NCBI GenBank assembly: GCA_964304625.1
Contig: OZ199840.1
Coordinates: forward strand, 4,440,490-4,504,489
Source: Kudoa neothunni
Lineage: Eukaryota > Animalia > Cnidaria
DNA: 64,000 nt
Direction of reading: 5' to 3'
The notes under the pieces are model-generated. The model saw only the letters and a program-made list of their open reading frames with translations, was not told the origin of the DNA and did not search any database. The number at the start of each line of letters is the position of its first letter. Position 1 is the first letter of the stretch. Made by a program: the position numbers and the translations under genes. This document shows, one piece after another, positions 1-12,855 of this stretch.

Positions 1-98
1 TGGTTAGAATTTTAATAATTTCTAAAAAATTACTCAACATAAATAAGCTCATTTAATTGTCTTAAATCATAAACTTGATATATCTTTCGCTGGTGTTG

Positions 99-1278
99 AG
101 AACTAAATTAAATTAGAAGGCGCTGTTATATTTACACGCATGCGTCAAAAAAGTATAACTAAAAACTCTCATTTATAGGCTACGTATCTAGTTTATTTTT
201 GATAATAAATTTAATTTCACTAATTTTAATCTATTTCTAAGCTTTTTATAAGAGTCAGTTAATAATCAGTTAAAGTGAAAACAGCGCTAAAATGAGTTAA
301 ATTTAGGAAGTGGATTTTTCACCGGTACCTGATAATTCTCTCGCGGAACTGGCAATTCACATGCAATTAATATCTCTAAAATTAACCAATAGAATTTTTT
401 GAAATTTCATATATTTAAATAACTTGAATAAATATATTTTTTATAAATTTTCGCAAAATACGTACGTTATATTCTAATAGTGGTTAAATAAAAAAAGATA
501 CAAGTACGCAATTCAATAGATAATCCATTATTGAAAGCTCTCAATGCAAGTTGAAGCAAGACATTATTTTTGAATATTCCTTTATCCATTCATTGTGTGT
601 CTATTAGTATTACTGAAAATATATCGATATGTAATTTTGTAGTATCGAAAAATGGATTGGTTGGCCTAATTATTCTGCTTTTAATATTGAAGAGGATTCT
701 TTTCTAGCATTTATAAAAGTTACAATATGATGTCTACTAATAAATATTTATGGTACTTTCTAGTTGATCAAAAGAATTAAACTTCATACCAACGTTAAAT
801 AAATTCTGATTCATCACTTTGACGCACAAATTGATGAATAATTGTCATTGGAGATTTTTAATACATTTATGATTAAATATTTTGGTATTGAATGTGTTTT
901 TAAAGTTAAAAAACCTGTTCACACTCAGTCACGTGCTCTATTTTAAGGGCATCTATATAACATGTGTGTATGTTTACATATTTACATATCATTTTATTTT
1001 TATTATGGATTATGTTAATGCATAAATTTTAAACAAGTTTTACCTCATAGTTTTGGAGCTATTAATTGCCTGTATGATAACCAATTCTGCGGGAGATTAT
1101 CAAGTACCTGTGAAGTAGCCAAAACCTTAAATTTATCCGGATTCAAAGACGCTTTTAAAAATTGTTTGTATCTATCTCTTAATGATTTTTTAATCATTTT
1201 AAGATAAAGTAAATTTAGATTTTTACTTTTTTGACGCATATCGCAAATTCTTCATCTAATGAAATCTAATGAAATCTC
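99..1278. mobile_element. Decayed long-TIR (MULE/foldback-like) element, probably in an intron of the AP-3 delta gene
   Basis: Imperfect inverted repeats: ~139-157 (catgcgtcaaaaaagta) vs ~1224-1240, and ~311-353 (tggatttttcaccggtacctgataattctctcgcggaactgg) vs ~1080-1121. The minus strand near 800-730 reads FNVGMKFNSFDQLESTINIY, resembling a MULE/ZSWIM-type N-terminus. Ends are approximate and no TSD was seen. Confidence 0.45.
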
Positions 1279-1353
1279 ATTAAAAATGATTGAAAATTCT
1301 TTAAATAATATAATTATATTCTAATTTAAAAAACGCTAATTTTCGTCATTAAG

Positions 1354-4300
1354 TTGGGAATGTTTGGACTGGACACATCGGTGGCTTCGTTTACTATAGT
1401 GGAATTGATAGGATCTTCTGAGTATTTGGCCAAGGTATAACACGACCCCATCTAGTTTCATTATATTTTTAATTTTACCGATTAGAAAACTGGATATATG
1501 GCCGCAGGATTTTGTTTGAAACAAAACACCGAAGCGCTTACTTTGTGTGTTAATATGTTCAAGAAAGATATATTCAACCAAAATCATTACATTGTGGCGG
1601 GAGTGTTATCATCAGTGTGTCATTTTATGAGTGAAGATTTGGCCAGGAATATCTACAACGAAGTGCACAACCAGGTAAGCATAGCATATTAGGCGATTGA
1701 TAAAACTTGATTCTAATGCCTAAAATTAATTCCAAAGTTGATCTCGAATTCGTCTCACGTACGTAAACACGCAGTTGTAACCTTATATAAAGTCTACAAG
1801 AAAGTATTGAATTGTAATCTAATCCAACTATGAAAAATATGGAATTTTATAGTTTTCAGAAGCCATACCATCTACAATAAATCGATTGGTTGGTTGTCTG
1901 GAGGATAAAAGTTCAAGTATTTATGATGTGGATGAGAAAGTTTCTAAAATAACTCGAACTAAACATTAAGGTGTCAAAATGGTTACTATAAATGTGTTTT
2001 TGGAGCTGGTTTATGATTTTCCTGGAGAATTCTTTATACTAGTTCGACCGTTGTTGAAAATTTTAAAATCTTCAACCTCCGATCAATCTTCCTGGATGAC
2101 CATAAAATCGATTCAAATATTGAAGGAGTTTAGTTTTGTGGATTCAAATCTAAAGAAAACTTTTGTTCCTATTCTAGTTAATTACATTACCAAGTGATTT
2201 TATTAACTAATATTTGATTGATTTAAAATTCACATATAGTGGAAACACGACTTTGCCGGTTATTATTGAATCCTTGGGAGCTTTGTTAGACTGTATGTTA
2301 TTATTTGCTTAATTGATGTGTGAATAATTTATTAATATTAAAATTACTAATTTCATTTAGTATGCCCTGAGAATAAAAAGATTGTTCAGGTAAATTATGG
2401 CGTGTCATTTATATATTTGGTCTAATTGGCTGATTGTGGTAGTTGTGTTGTGATAAATCTGTTCATTTTTTCGAAAAAGATGATAACAATCGTATTTAAT
2501 TAAATTACTATTAAATCTAATATAATATAGTTAAATATTGTTCTCTTGAGCAGTTGAACAAAGTTGTCACAACCAATCCGGAGGTGGTTCTTAGGATAAG
2601 TTCGTCCCTACAACAACTTTTACATTCTAACGATATAAGCATTCAAACCCGGGTGGTTTCGATTTTTCTTGGTCTACTGAATAGAGAACAATTCGAAAAT
2701 ATAATGACATTCTTCAGCGGATTCATTCGAAAGTACGCCAACGACAATTCTGCTTCCAAAAAAAGATTCATCGATTTTGTGATCAAAAGCTGCATTGAAG
2801 CATGCTCAAAGAACAACTACAGTGTGGTTGGAAACCTTGAATGGTATGTGGATTTTCTATTTCAACTGGCCGAACTGTGTGTCACCAGACCAAGTTCCAA
2901 CAGTGAACTCATTTCCAAACAACTGATCGATTTGGTCATACGAGTCAAAGATTTACGTGGTTATATCATTCCACAAATGTCCAAATTTGTTCAAAATATT
3001 GTCCATATATTCGACAACCAACAACAACAGCATTCGATCCGAAAAAATCTCAATGATCCCTCCAATCACTTTATTGTTAGTGTTTGTGTGTTTTGTTGCG
3101 GAGAATATTTTGAATACTTGGATAATCCAATCACTTTTGTGGATATTATTGTCAGAAAAAATTGTCTCGAATTCTCAGAACAAATCCAATCTTCTATTGT
3201 GAACAGTGCGGGTAAAATTGTGAGCAAGCTGCTAGCAAAAGTGTTCGCCAAAGACAGTACTGCTGATGAGGTATTGTTTAGCTGATAAAAAATAGTTCCA
3301 TTACTTTCTCTATATCCATTATATAATTACTTTGTAATTTATAAGGGAGTAAAATCGGAAGTTTTATCCTATGTTGAAAATTGTTTCCTGGAAAAATATT
3401 CACCATTCGCAACCAGTTTCTATTTGAGAGTGTTGGATACAGTATGAGAGTTGTGGCGGATTCCAGTTGGTTATAATCTTTTTCAAATTAGGCTATGTGC
3501 TATAGCACACTGATTAAATTTTCTATTGATTCCTATCATCAAGGTAGCAATCATTCTCAGATGATAATTAATAATTATAGTCAATGATTGATTGTTATTA
3601 TGTATAGACAGTAGTTGTTTCGCAGAATTAGCAGGATTTTTCCAACAAGAGCTTCAATCAATCGCCCCGAATGTGCAAAGAAAAATTCTCGTCCCTAAAG
3701 GGTGCTTATTTTTATTTTTTCGTCTGTTGTGCATGTGAAAAATTTATTTTCCTCCTTTTGAGAGCTTATATTCAAACATGACTACACATTCACAGTCTCT
3801 AATTATATCTACAGATACATTAAATCATTTTAGGTTGAATTTGGATAAATGGATCAACAAAAGCGCAGACCCCGAGTTGAAAAAGAAAAGAAAAGCAAAA
3901 AAACTTGCTGTTTCGAGGTGCGCTATTAGGTTAGGAGGATGATGATTTTGTTGACTTTATTTTCAAAGTGCCAACAAATGCCAAGATAATAATTTAAATC
4001 TTAATCCAACCCCCACAAAACCAACGGAAACACCAAAAGACAACACTTTGGATAATCTTAATTTGTTCTCAGTTGGTATGCTTAAAAATAACTTCAACAG
4101 GGTTATCATTCAAATACTATACTAGAACCTACCAAAAAGTACGTAACTAAAACCTACGAGGTCGCACCATTGAATACCGGCGATCAACACAAAATCGCGC
4201 CAAATCCGATCTCTATTGATGTAACGAATCAATCCAATTTCATTCATGCATATTCTGTAATATAAACCACATTTCTTGACGTTATAATATAAAAATCAAG

Positions 4301-5319
4301 GGGTACAAAAATGGAGATGTGATCCATCGTGATAAACATGCCTACATCAATGATGGAATTTTTGAAATGGTATTTGAGGAAGTCGAATTAGTTGTTTTAA
4401 TTTACGAAAAAACTAGAGTTTCAGAGTGACTGTTAGCAAAAAAATTTCTACTCGTTATATTTTACATCTAAATATCAAGTAATTATTTTTTTGTTTAAAA
4501 ATAAACTAATGCAATCATACCTTCAGAAACTGCTCCGAAAACACTCTTACAAATTTGAAAGCAACGCCAACCGACAAGTACGCGGATTTTTCAATAGAAG
4601 CTGCTTCTAAGAAAGAATTAAATCTTAGTCCGCGTACGTGTTTTTATTGAAAATATGAATTATTTTCCAGTGTAGAAGAAACATGCAAAAAAAGATTTTT
4701 CGTTAATTCCGAAAAATCTCGTCCCCCTTTCGAATGGAACATCACTATACATTACAATGTAACCAATGGAATCTATTAATCGTTGATCTATGGATAAAAT
4801 TTAGGAAAATGACGGATCGAAATCGGATAATATTATATTTTTCGTTGCATTACCTTTGCATCTCTTTCTCCAACTAGAACCACCAACAAATGCCACGTAT
4901 TATTTAATTATATTTAATTATGTCAACTATTTTGCAGTGAGTCTTACAATGCGTTGTGTGAGTCTACTGATGATAGCATCGTAAACCAAACTATCATAAC
5001 TAAATTTGACACTCCGACCTCTTTTAAAAAATGCCTAGAAGAATTTTTTGCACCATTCTGTAATTCTGGATCTATTCTTTCTGAAATTTTCAATTTAATT
5101 AGATATTGATGACAATAAATACTTTGTTTCGTTAATAAACCCGTCAATAACTGCCGCTCTCACTTTAAAAGAGGTATTGTCGTTGTTATAGAACTGATTA
5201 TTGCTAATATGGCAATTTTCTAGGGAAATGACGCCAATGTTGATGTGGTTATCAAATCTTCATCAGCTGAATTCATATCTTGTCTTGATCGCTGGATGCG
5301 TTCAGTCGAAAAAAATTAA
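1354..5319 (+). CDS. AP3D1: AP-3 complex subunit delta (delta-adaptin), multi-exon, 5' exon(s) not found in window
   Basis: Spliced peptides LGMFGLDTSVASFTIVELIGSSEYLAK / KTGYMAAGFCLKQNTEALTLCVNMFKKD..SEDLARNIY / HVRKHAVVTLYKVY / SWMTIKSIQIL / NLKYCSL / NYSVVGNLEWYVDFL / QLIDLVIRVKDLR / QELQSIAPNVQRKILVPKG match delta-adaptin motifs. There are many short GT-AG introns. The last exon ends ..RWMRSVEKN* at 5319. Confidence 0.85.
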
Positions 5320-7705
5320 TTTATCATTTCTTAAAAACTTCTTTATTATTCTCAAATTTAATTTTTCATTATTTATTCTATCATTTTCTCTATAATTTTA
5401 TACTCATTGAATGATTGGTTGGCATCTATTTCATAAACCCCATTTATTAAACATAATTTAAATTGTTTCTATTTATTTAAAAAGAAATTATTGAAATACT
5501 AAATAGCATCGATTATATTTTCCTTCATTCTAATTTATCAACTTTGACAAAAATTTTTGTACACGACTATTCTAAAAATTTTTATTAATTATAATTTAGA
5601 TAATTCTCGATATAGATACTGGTAGAGGATGGATCGTTAGTAATCCCATTGAGACATCAAAAAAGTTACGAACCACCCGTCATCGACTGTATAACGTGTT
5701 GGATAGGGACTTGAGATTTACTACGCTACTGTTAATAATGATACCTAATATAATCGGACCTCGATCATCCGGAAGAAATTTGAAATTTTTTTTTCGGATT
5801 TTATTGACATTACGTGTCGTTAAATATTCAATTATCCGGAAAAACTATTTAATCACATTACCGTATAAAAGTAGCACCCGTCACCGTACGACATATACAA
5901 TGTAACATATATACCAATGCAAAATTTAAAACAAAAATATTTCTAGGTTATTTATTAATAAATTATTCTTATAAAACTTATGTTAAGCATCCAGTTCTTA
6001 TATAAATTTGTACTATATCTGAACGTATACCTTTATGTATATTAAACATACATTAATTACCAATTATTTAAAAAAGCAAATCACTCCTCTGTAGATGTGT
6101 AAAAACTGCTATAATTGTGTACTGTTTTTCCATTAAGTTAAAAATTTTAAAAACCGCTCTCGCACAAGACATTCTTTGTGTTCGATTAACTGGAACCTCA
6201 TTATTCGGAAAGAAAATCTCCGGTCCCAAATTTTCCGGGTAATCGAAGTTTTCACTGTAATTTGTGGTGCGCTTGCACGTTGAATTAAAACTTTTTAAGA
6301 AAGCCATTATTCTTGGAATTTAAATTTCTGATTGAGATTGCAGTCTCTTTTTAATCTATAGATCAATTTAGTGAGTGTATTGATCGGGGAATTTTAATAT
6401 TAAATGCCTTTAGAGTGGTAAAAATCGTGTATTTTATTCAAACTGTATTCATTTTTGACATTAAAATCTGTCTTCGTTATATTTTAATTAATACTCATAA
6501 ATTTTAATTTAAAGTGAATAATAGGATTCTTATTTTTATTTTGTTACAATTTTATTTTGAGATATTTTTGATAAGGTTATCTAATTATTATCAGAAAATA
6601 ATTAAGTTAGAATAAATATCGACTGAATCGTCTACTATATTTTTAAAAACGACGTAATTTTCCTCTGTAAACGTTATTTATATTTATGAATTCTCGAAAC
6701 AGTTTTTAATGGTTGTTGTTTCGACCAATTCATTGTAGGTATATTTAAATAATGTTAAATTGTAAACTTTAATATATTAAAATTCTGTTTTTAATTTTAT
6801 AGAGCTATTTAGTTATACTCTATAATGAACATTTTAAACCATAAATAAATCATTCTTATTTAATTATGAATCCTCCTTTTTCTTAATTATTTTTGATAAA
6901 CCTTAAAAATAAAATATGAGATTCAGTTTATCCCACAAAAGAAATGCAAATCTTATTTGGAGTTAGGAATTGTTGTCATACAATATACCTTGGCGCACTG
7001 ATGATATTCTGTGCTTAAGAAATGCCATAGATATTAATCTTTTGAAACATTGTTGTCTAAAATGAGAATATAGATCATCTATTAATTTTCTTAATAGTTA
7101 TTTTAGAAATCGACGATATGCTTTATAATTATCAATGAGAGTTGATGCTAAGCAATCATTTAGATAAAATGTGTTCATTAGCTATCATGTCACACTTAAT
7201 GCTCATCAGTCTTGTTGGATACTAATTCTTACATCTCAATTAATCAATGAATGGAAACTATTATATTACTTTTTTATAAATATATATGTTTATATTTGAT
7301 TATTTTAACGGTGATGGAAACTAATATATTCATGTTCGGATTAAATTAATGTTATTTTTTAGCGCTTTTTTAATTAAATTATTTACCTAATAAAGATTAT
7401 TTTAAATAATTATTTTTACTTCTTATTTCGAAGATAAAAAAGAATTAATTTAATATTTTTCTGAATATTTTTTGCTATATGGAATAATTGATTTGTAATA
7501 TAAACAATTTTACCTAATGAATACACTTATAATATTCCTATGAAAATTGATATGGTACAAATCAATATATCAGAAAATAATTATCGTTATTAACTATTTT
7601 TATATTTCTTAATTCAATTTCCCCTTCACCCGAAAAGCTTGGATCATAATATGCCATTCATAAGCTCGAATTTAATCATTGATTACTATAATACTATTTA
7701 TCACG

Positions 7706-10700
7706 ATGAAGGTTCAACTGCTGTTCTATTTTTCTAGTATTAAATTACTTTTATATTATTTATTTAATCAATATTAGTCTTTATTAAAGTATTATTTGCA
7801 AATGCAAGACAGACACATCCAGTAGCACCTGCGCCAGAAGCTACATTAACGTACCAGATTGATTTTGAAGAAAATACCAAAAAATATACTTTTAAACATA
7901 AACTCGGGGGCACAAAGTATGTAGCTGGAAAAAAGTGTCGTATAATGATATCAAATGAGGCAACAACAATTGTCACATCATCGGTCGCAGCTGCTTTCGT
8001 GGAAATAGCAAGTTGCCCTGGGCATGATTCTAATCAATCTGATAAATGTATCATCGATTGTAATAGTGAAAATAGTAAAGTAGAGTACAGTAAACTTTCA
8101 CCGAGGACAAAATATATATATGTAAAAGTTGGGGATGGTACAACTGCTGTTCAAGGGAATGAGTATAAACAAGGTGGAAAAGTGTTTGGGTTGGCAACAC
8201 GTAATGGAATGGAAAAAATGTTAATTTATTAATGCATAAAATTTTAGCATTGATAGTAAATCCACAAGCAACAATATCTGTTGATAATGATAAAAAACTA
8301 AAGCTCGCCGCAAAAACTTGCATTCCTGTTGCTTGCCCCATCTTTTACAATGATGCAAAATTTAATGAGGGCACAAAGGTTGCAGGATGCGACACGGATA
8401 ACGCAGCTGGAGCTTTGGAATTTGACGTGCTGATTCCTCATTATGAGATGAGATGTGAGAATTATCCCAGTTTCTTTTACCATATGCCAAACACATACAT
8501 GAAGACCAACATGGAAATTTACAAACCTCAATATTACGTTACCAAAAAGACAGAGGATAGTAAGAAGTTATTAATTAAATTCACAGGTTCAATGCTATCA
8601 TCGGAAATATGTGTGTTCAGTATTAAAGATGGACAAACTGCAGGCAATGATCAACAATTTGAGTCTAAATGTGGTAATACAGCAGGAAAATGCTATGCAC
8701 TTTGCAAGAACACTGAACTTACGGTAACTGAAGCAAAAGTAATTTACAAAGTCCTAATTCAAACCAGACATCATGACCTCACAAAAACTGCTGCTGATTT
8801 AGAGGGATTTCCTCAGAACAAATTTGGTATTTATAGCGCGAATAATATAATGTTATAATAGTTGTCATGATTAAAGCGATTGCAGAGAATGGAGAAGGAT
8901 TACTTTCTGCATACACCAAACATGGTGTAACTTTTGACGGGAAATTCTTAAAGACGGATGGAACTGGAACTACTAAATTTAATACTTGTACGCTCAAACA
9001 TTATGCTGCCGACAAAATCAAAACTGCATCGACCAGTACGCAATGTAGCACTGAAACGCGCGTTACTGGCGGATCCAATAATTGCAATACAGATTGTTCA
9101 AAGGTGGTAATTGAAGGACTTGCTGAGGGAAAACCTTATATTATTGAAATTGTATCTTCCGGCATCAGTAGCCCAGAAAATTTTAAGGAACAAATACTTA
9201 TATGGACGGGTATATATTTAATAATCCTAGAGTTCTTGAGTTAATAATTTATAAAGAAAAAAAAGACAACACGAAAACTTTCCAAACAACAACATCCGCT
9301 AAAACGGAGTCAACAACCACTCTAACAGCTATTGGAGGACAAGGCGAAGGTGATAAGAAGGATGAACCCAACTGTGAGTATTACATAAGTCCAACAGGAA
9401 AAAATACGTTTTACGCTGCTACATGCACTGAAACAAACCCTTGTAGAGGAAGATGCAGAGAGTCAATAACCATTATTGACCTTGAGCCAAATACTTCCTA
9501 TGATATTAAAGTTGTTGCTGACAAAGACTACAAAGAGCATGTTTATACAAATGTTTCAACAGGTATGCTTCTCATGTGAATAATATATTATTTTTGATTA
9601 GATTTGGCAATCCTTACAATAACTCCAAAATATACCCAACAAGGTTTGGAGTTAAATGCACAATTATCAAAAAAAGTTCCAGAAGCCATTTGTCATTATA
9701 CAATTCAAGTCAAGAAAGCCGGCCAGTTCGAAAATGTTTATACATGCGAGAGGCCCGAGACCTCAGCAGTTGCCCCAACAGTCCCAGAGACTCTACCAAA
9801 CACACCAACTGGATCCGAACCTAGCATCAATCCAGCAAGAATGAGTGTCATTCCATCTCATAACCAACAAATGGAAAAAACAGGTTTAAAGCCTGCAAGA
9901 GCTGAGGTAACTCCAACTGATGACGCAGAAACAACAACTACTACTCCTGCTACCACAGCCGCCACGGTGGAAATTCCTCAAAGTTCGGACATATGCACGT
10001 CATTTCCATTATGCAGTTCGATTGTATTCAATGATTATGATGCAAAAGAAGAATATAAGGTATTGGTTACTGCAGTTGGAAAATCTTCACCCAGTGAAAT
10101 CACTTTAGTAGCCAGTAATTAATATTTTTTAGGATATAAATATTAATATCATTAAATAGCTGCTCCAAAAGAAAATCCAGCAGATAGGGAAAAAACAATA
10201 TTTATAACCATAACAAGGGATGGAGAAATATTCAATATAGAAAATACCCTTCCATCTAGTCTTTCTGAAAATTCGAAATGCAAATGGGAATTACGTAATT
10301 CCAGTGCCAAATCAATGGCCATAGTGAAAAAATGTATGAGTCCGAGTGACGTTGGATGCAGAAAGTTCCCAAAATGCAAATCTTTTAGAATAAGTGGGAT
10401 AAAAGATGGTAATAGTTATCATTTGACTGTTTACAGCTCCAGAGATTCTTCCATTTACGGGACGACTGTAATTGAACAAGGTATAACCTGGTTTATTTTG
10501 TAATATTGTAATTTACGAATCTTAGGTGCAAAGAGCAGCTCAAGGTTTGTTTAATTATTAAAAAATCAGTTAATCTATTATTTAGTTCTAAAACCCTTAT
10601 GATGTATGATTTGAAAAATAACACATGATTGAAATAAAATGATTTAGACTAATAGTGGTAGCGGTTGTTGGAGTTTTGATTGCCGGTGCAGTCGGCTTCA

Positions 10701-10723
10701 TGATTTTCAAGAAGAAAAACTAG
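7706..10723 (+). CDS. Surface protein family copy A: type I membrane protein, signal peptide + Cys-rich FN3-like modules + TM, ~870 aa
   Basis: Ten exons, all GT-AG and in frame: 7706-7736, 7778-8200, 8248-8826, 8877(or 8862)-9209, 9257-9562, 9602-10114, 10160-10480, 10526-10544, 10586-10603, 10648-10723. Starts with signal-like MKVQLLFYFSIFIKVLFANA. FN3-type E-F strand motifs: KLSPRTKY, IEGLAEGKPYIIEI, IDLEPNTSYDIKVVA, ISGIKDGNSYHLTV. C-terminal TM is ILIVVAVVGVLIAGAVGFMIF followed by KKKN*. Confidence 0.85.
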
Positions 10724-11329
10724 GATTTACCATTTGAATGGAATCCATTATAAATTAATAGAATATTATAACAATATCTTCATTTAACCCAATAATATGT
10801 GATTGGTCACCTTACATCTTTATTTATTCTGAAGCCCCATTATTTTTAAATTCATATTTTTTCTAAAATACAATTTCAGAGTATAAAATTTAATGTTATC
10901 TTTAATTTCTAAACTAAATTAATTATGATCTAATAAAGTATGAAAATTTCTCCGCAAAATAAATGGATTTAAAAATATTGTCTTTTTAACTACAACAACG
11001 AAAAAGATTCATGAGCGGTATATTTTATTTGAAAATTAAGGGTGTCCAGTCTATTTACGAAATTTAAATACTACAATTAATGGAATAAGGATGAAAATAT
11101 TCAATATAATTAATTAGATAAATTTTTTTGGAAACAAATTAATTTCAGTGATCGCTCTTTAAGAATATTTTAAATCAACGCTTCCTAATTTTTAATTAGA
11201 AAATCTAATTTAGTCTAATACACAAGAAATTATCCATGTGCACAGAAGCTTGTTCAATTATACGACTAATATACAAACATCAGCTTAAAATTATTTTTTT
11301 AAATTTCTTCTTGAAGCATTGGAAAGAAA

Positions 11330-12855
11330 GGTAATGGTATAGTATATGACTCCAGAAAAACACCATCTTAAGTGCATTTTTTTCTCGTTGTTTCTTTTAC
11401 GATTATTAATAATAAATCAAAAGAATACTGAGTGATAATATTGAGCTCAAATAAATTACTTCTAAATTTTTGCCTAATTCCTATTTGACTACAGTCGAAT
11501 AAACGTGGAATCCACATCGTTTTGCAATAAACACAGAAAAGTAGCTGATTATTGCTTATTTCGAAAATTATCCAACATTTCTATTATATATTATTTTTAA
11601 TAAAAACGATATTAAATTCTTCTATATTTATTTATCACGTGTAACTCACGATAATGGAGCTTTAAGTTTTAGGGGGGGGAGATGACTTTTTCTGTCTAAT
11701 TAATGATCGTGATTGGTTATTTTACAAATTAGTAACAAAAAATTACTTTAAAACTGCTACAAAAAGATGTTTTAATTGTTGAAATTTTGAATACTTTACT
11801 TTAAAAAAGAGAAAATTAAATGTAAGGAGACCAATGATAGAAACTTCGTGCTACGAGAGACATCACATTGATTATTTCTTCACTTACATCTGTAAAAGTT
11901 ACTTATCTTGTGTGAAATAACAACTTAAGGTAACTAAGATGTAAAATTAGTGTTTACCGTTGAAACGGTACTTTTTTCTCTAGTATGGCTCCCGGTAGTT
12001 CAAAAAACAAATTAACGATAGGAAAATATACATACATTTAGAAAATGCTATATTAAAATTTGTAAAATAATTTGAAAGTGTAAATCTTCATAAAACTAGC
12101 CATACGTCCAATACATTGCATAACATTTCAGCGTCGCGTTAACAGCATGGTAATTGTTGCAAAGAATGATTTGGGCGTAACATACAGATAAAAATTATAA
12201 ATAATATTTGTAATGTTCATTAATTTTATACATTATGTCGTATTTAAAAAATAAATAGATAAAAAAACAATTTAATATCTTCAGATAAATAAAATACGTA
12301 TTGAAATATTTGTAAATAATGCTTTTCTTCATTTATAACAAAAATATCAATGTACGATTAATATAAGTAATGTTAGTTTCAATTTCGCAAGTAATTGGTG
12401 TATAAAAATTAATTTATTAATAATAATGTACTAACAAAAATTTATAAACTAAAATAAACAATTCTAGATGTTACCAAATGGTTTAAAAGTTAATTTGACG
12501 TTTAGAAATAAAGATAGATGACACATTATTTCTTAATATTAGACAGGCTTATTTAGAAGGTTTACTACGCTAAATTTGGTATGTAAATAATAAGAAAATT
12601 TAAATAATGGTTATAGTATACTTATTATGATAAATTATACAAATATTCAGCTATTTTTCGGTATTTATTACAAAGCGATGTGGTAAATATGTGTATCCTA
12701 CTGTAGTCGACTAGGAATTAGGCAAAAATTCAGAAGTTATTTATTCGAGATCAATATTTGCACCCAGTATTATTTTAATTTATTATTGATAATCGTAATG
12801 GAAAAAAACGCACGCAATGTGGCGTTTTTCTGGACTCACATACTTTACCATTTCC
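11330..12855. mobile_element. Non-autonomous DNA transposon with ~165-bp TIRs and 8-bp TSD (Merlin- or MULE-type)
   Basis: 11330-11495 is the imperfect reverse complement of 12700-12855. Termini are GGTAATGGTA...TACCATTTCC. Exact flanking direct repeat GAAAGAAA at 11322-11329 and 12856-12863. Confidence 0.8.

Noticed and set aside
5620-6330. ORFs 5696-5905 and 6068-6307 and several TA|CAGT-type ends
   Set aside because: They overlap short pogo-like terminal fragments. There is no recognisable protein and I could not pair the ends confidently.
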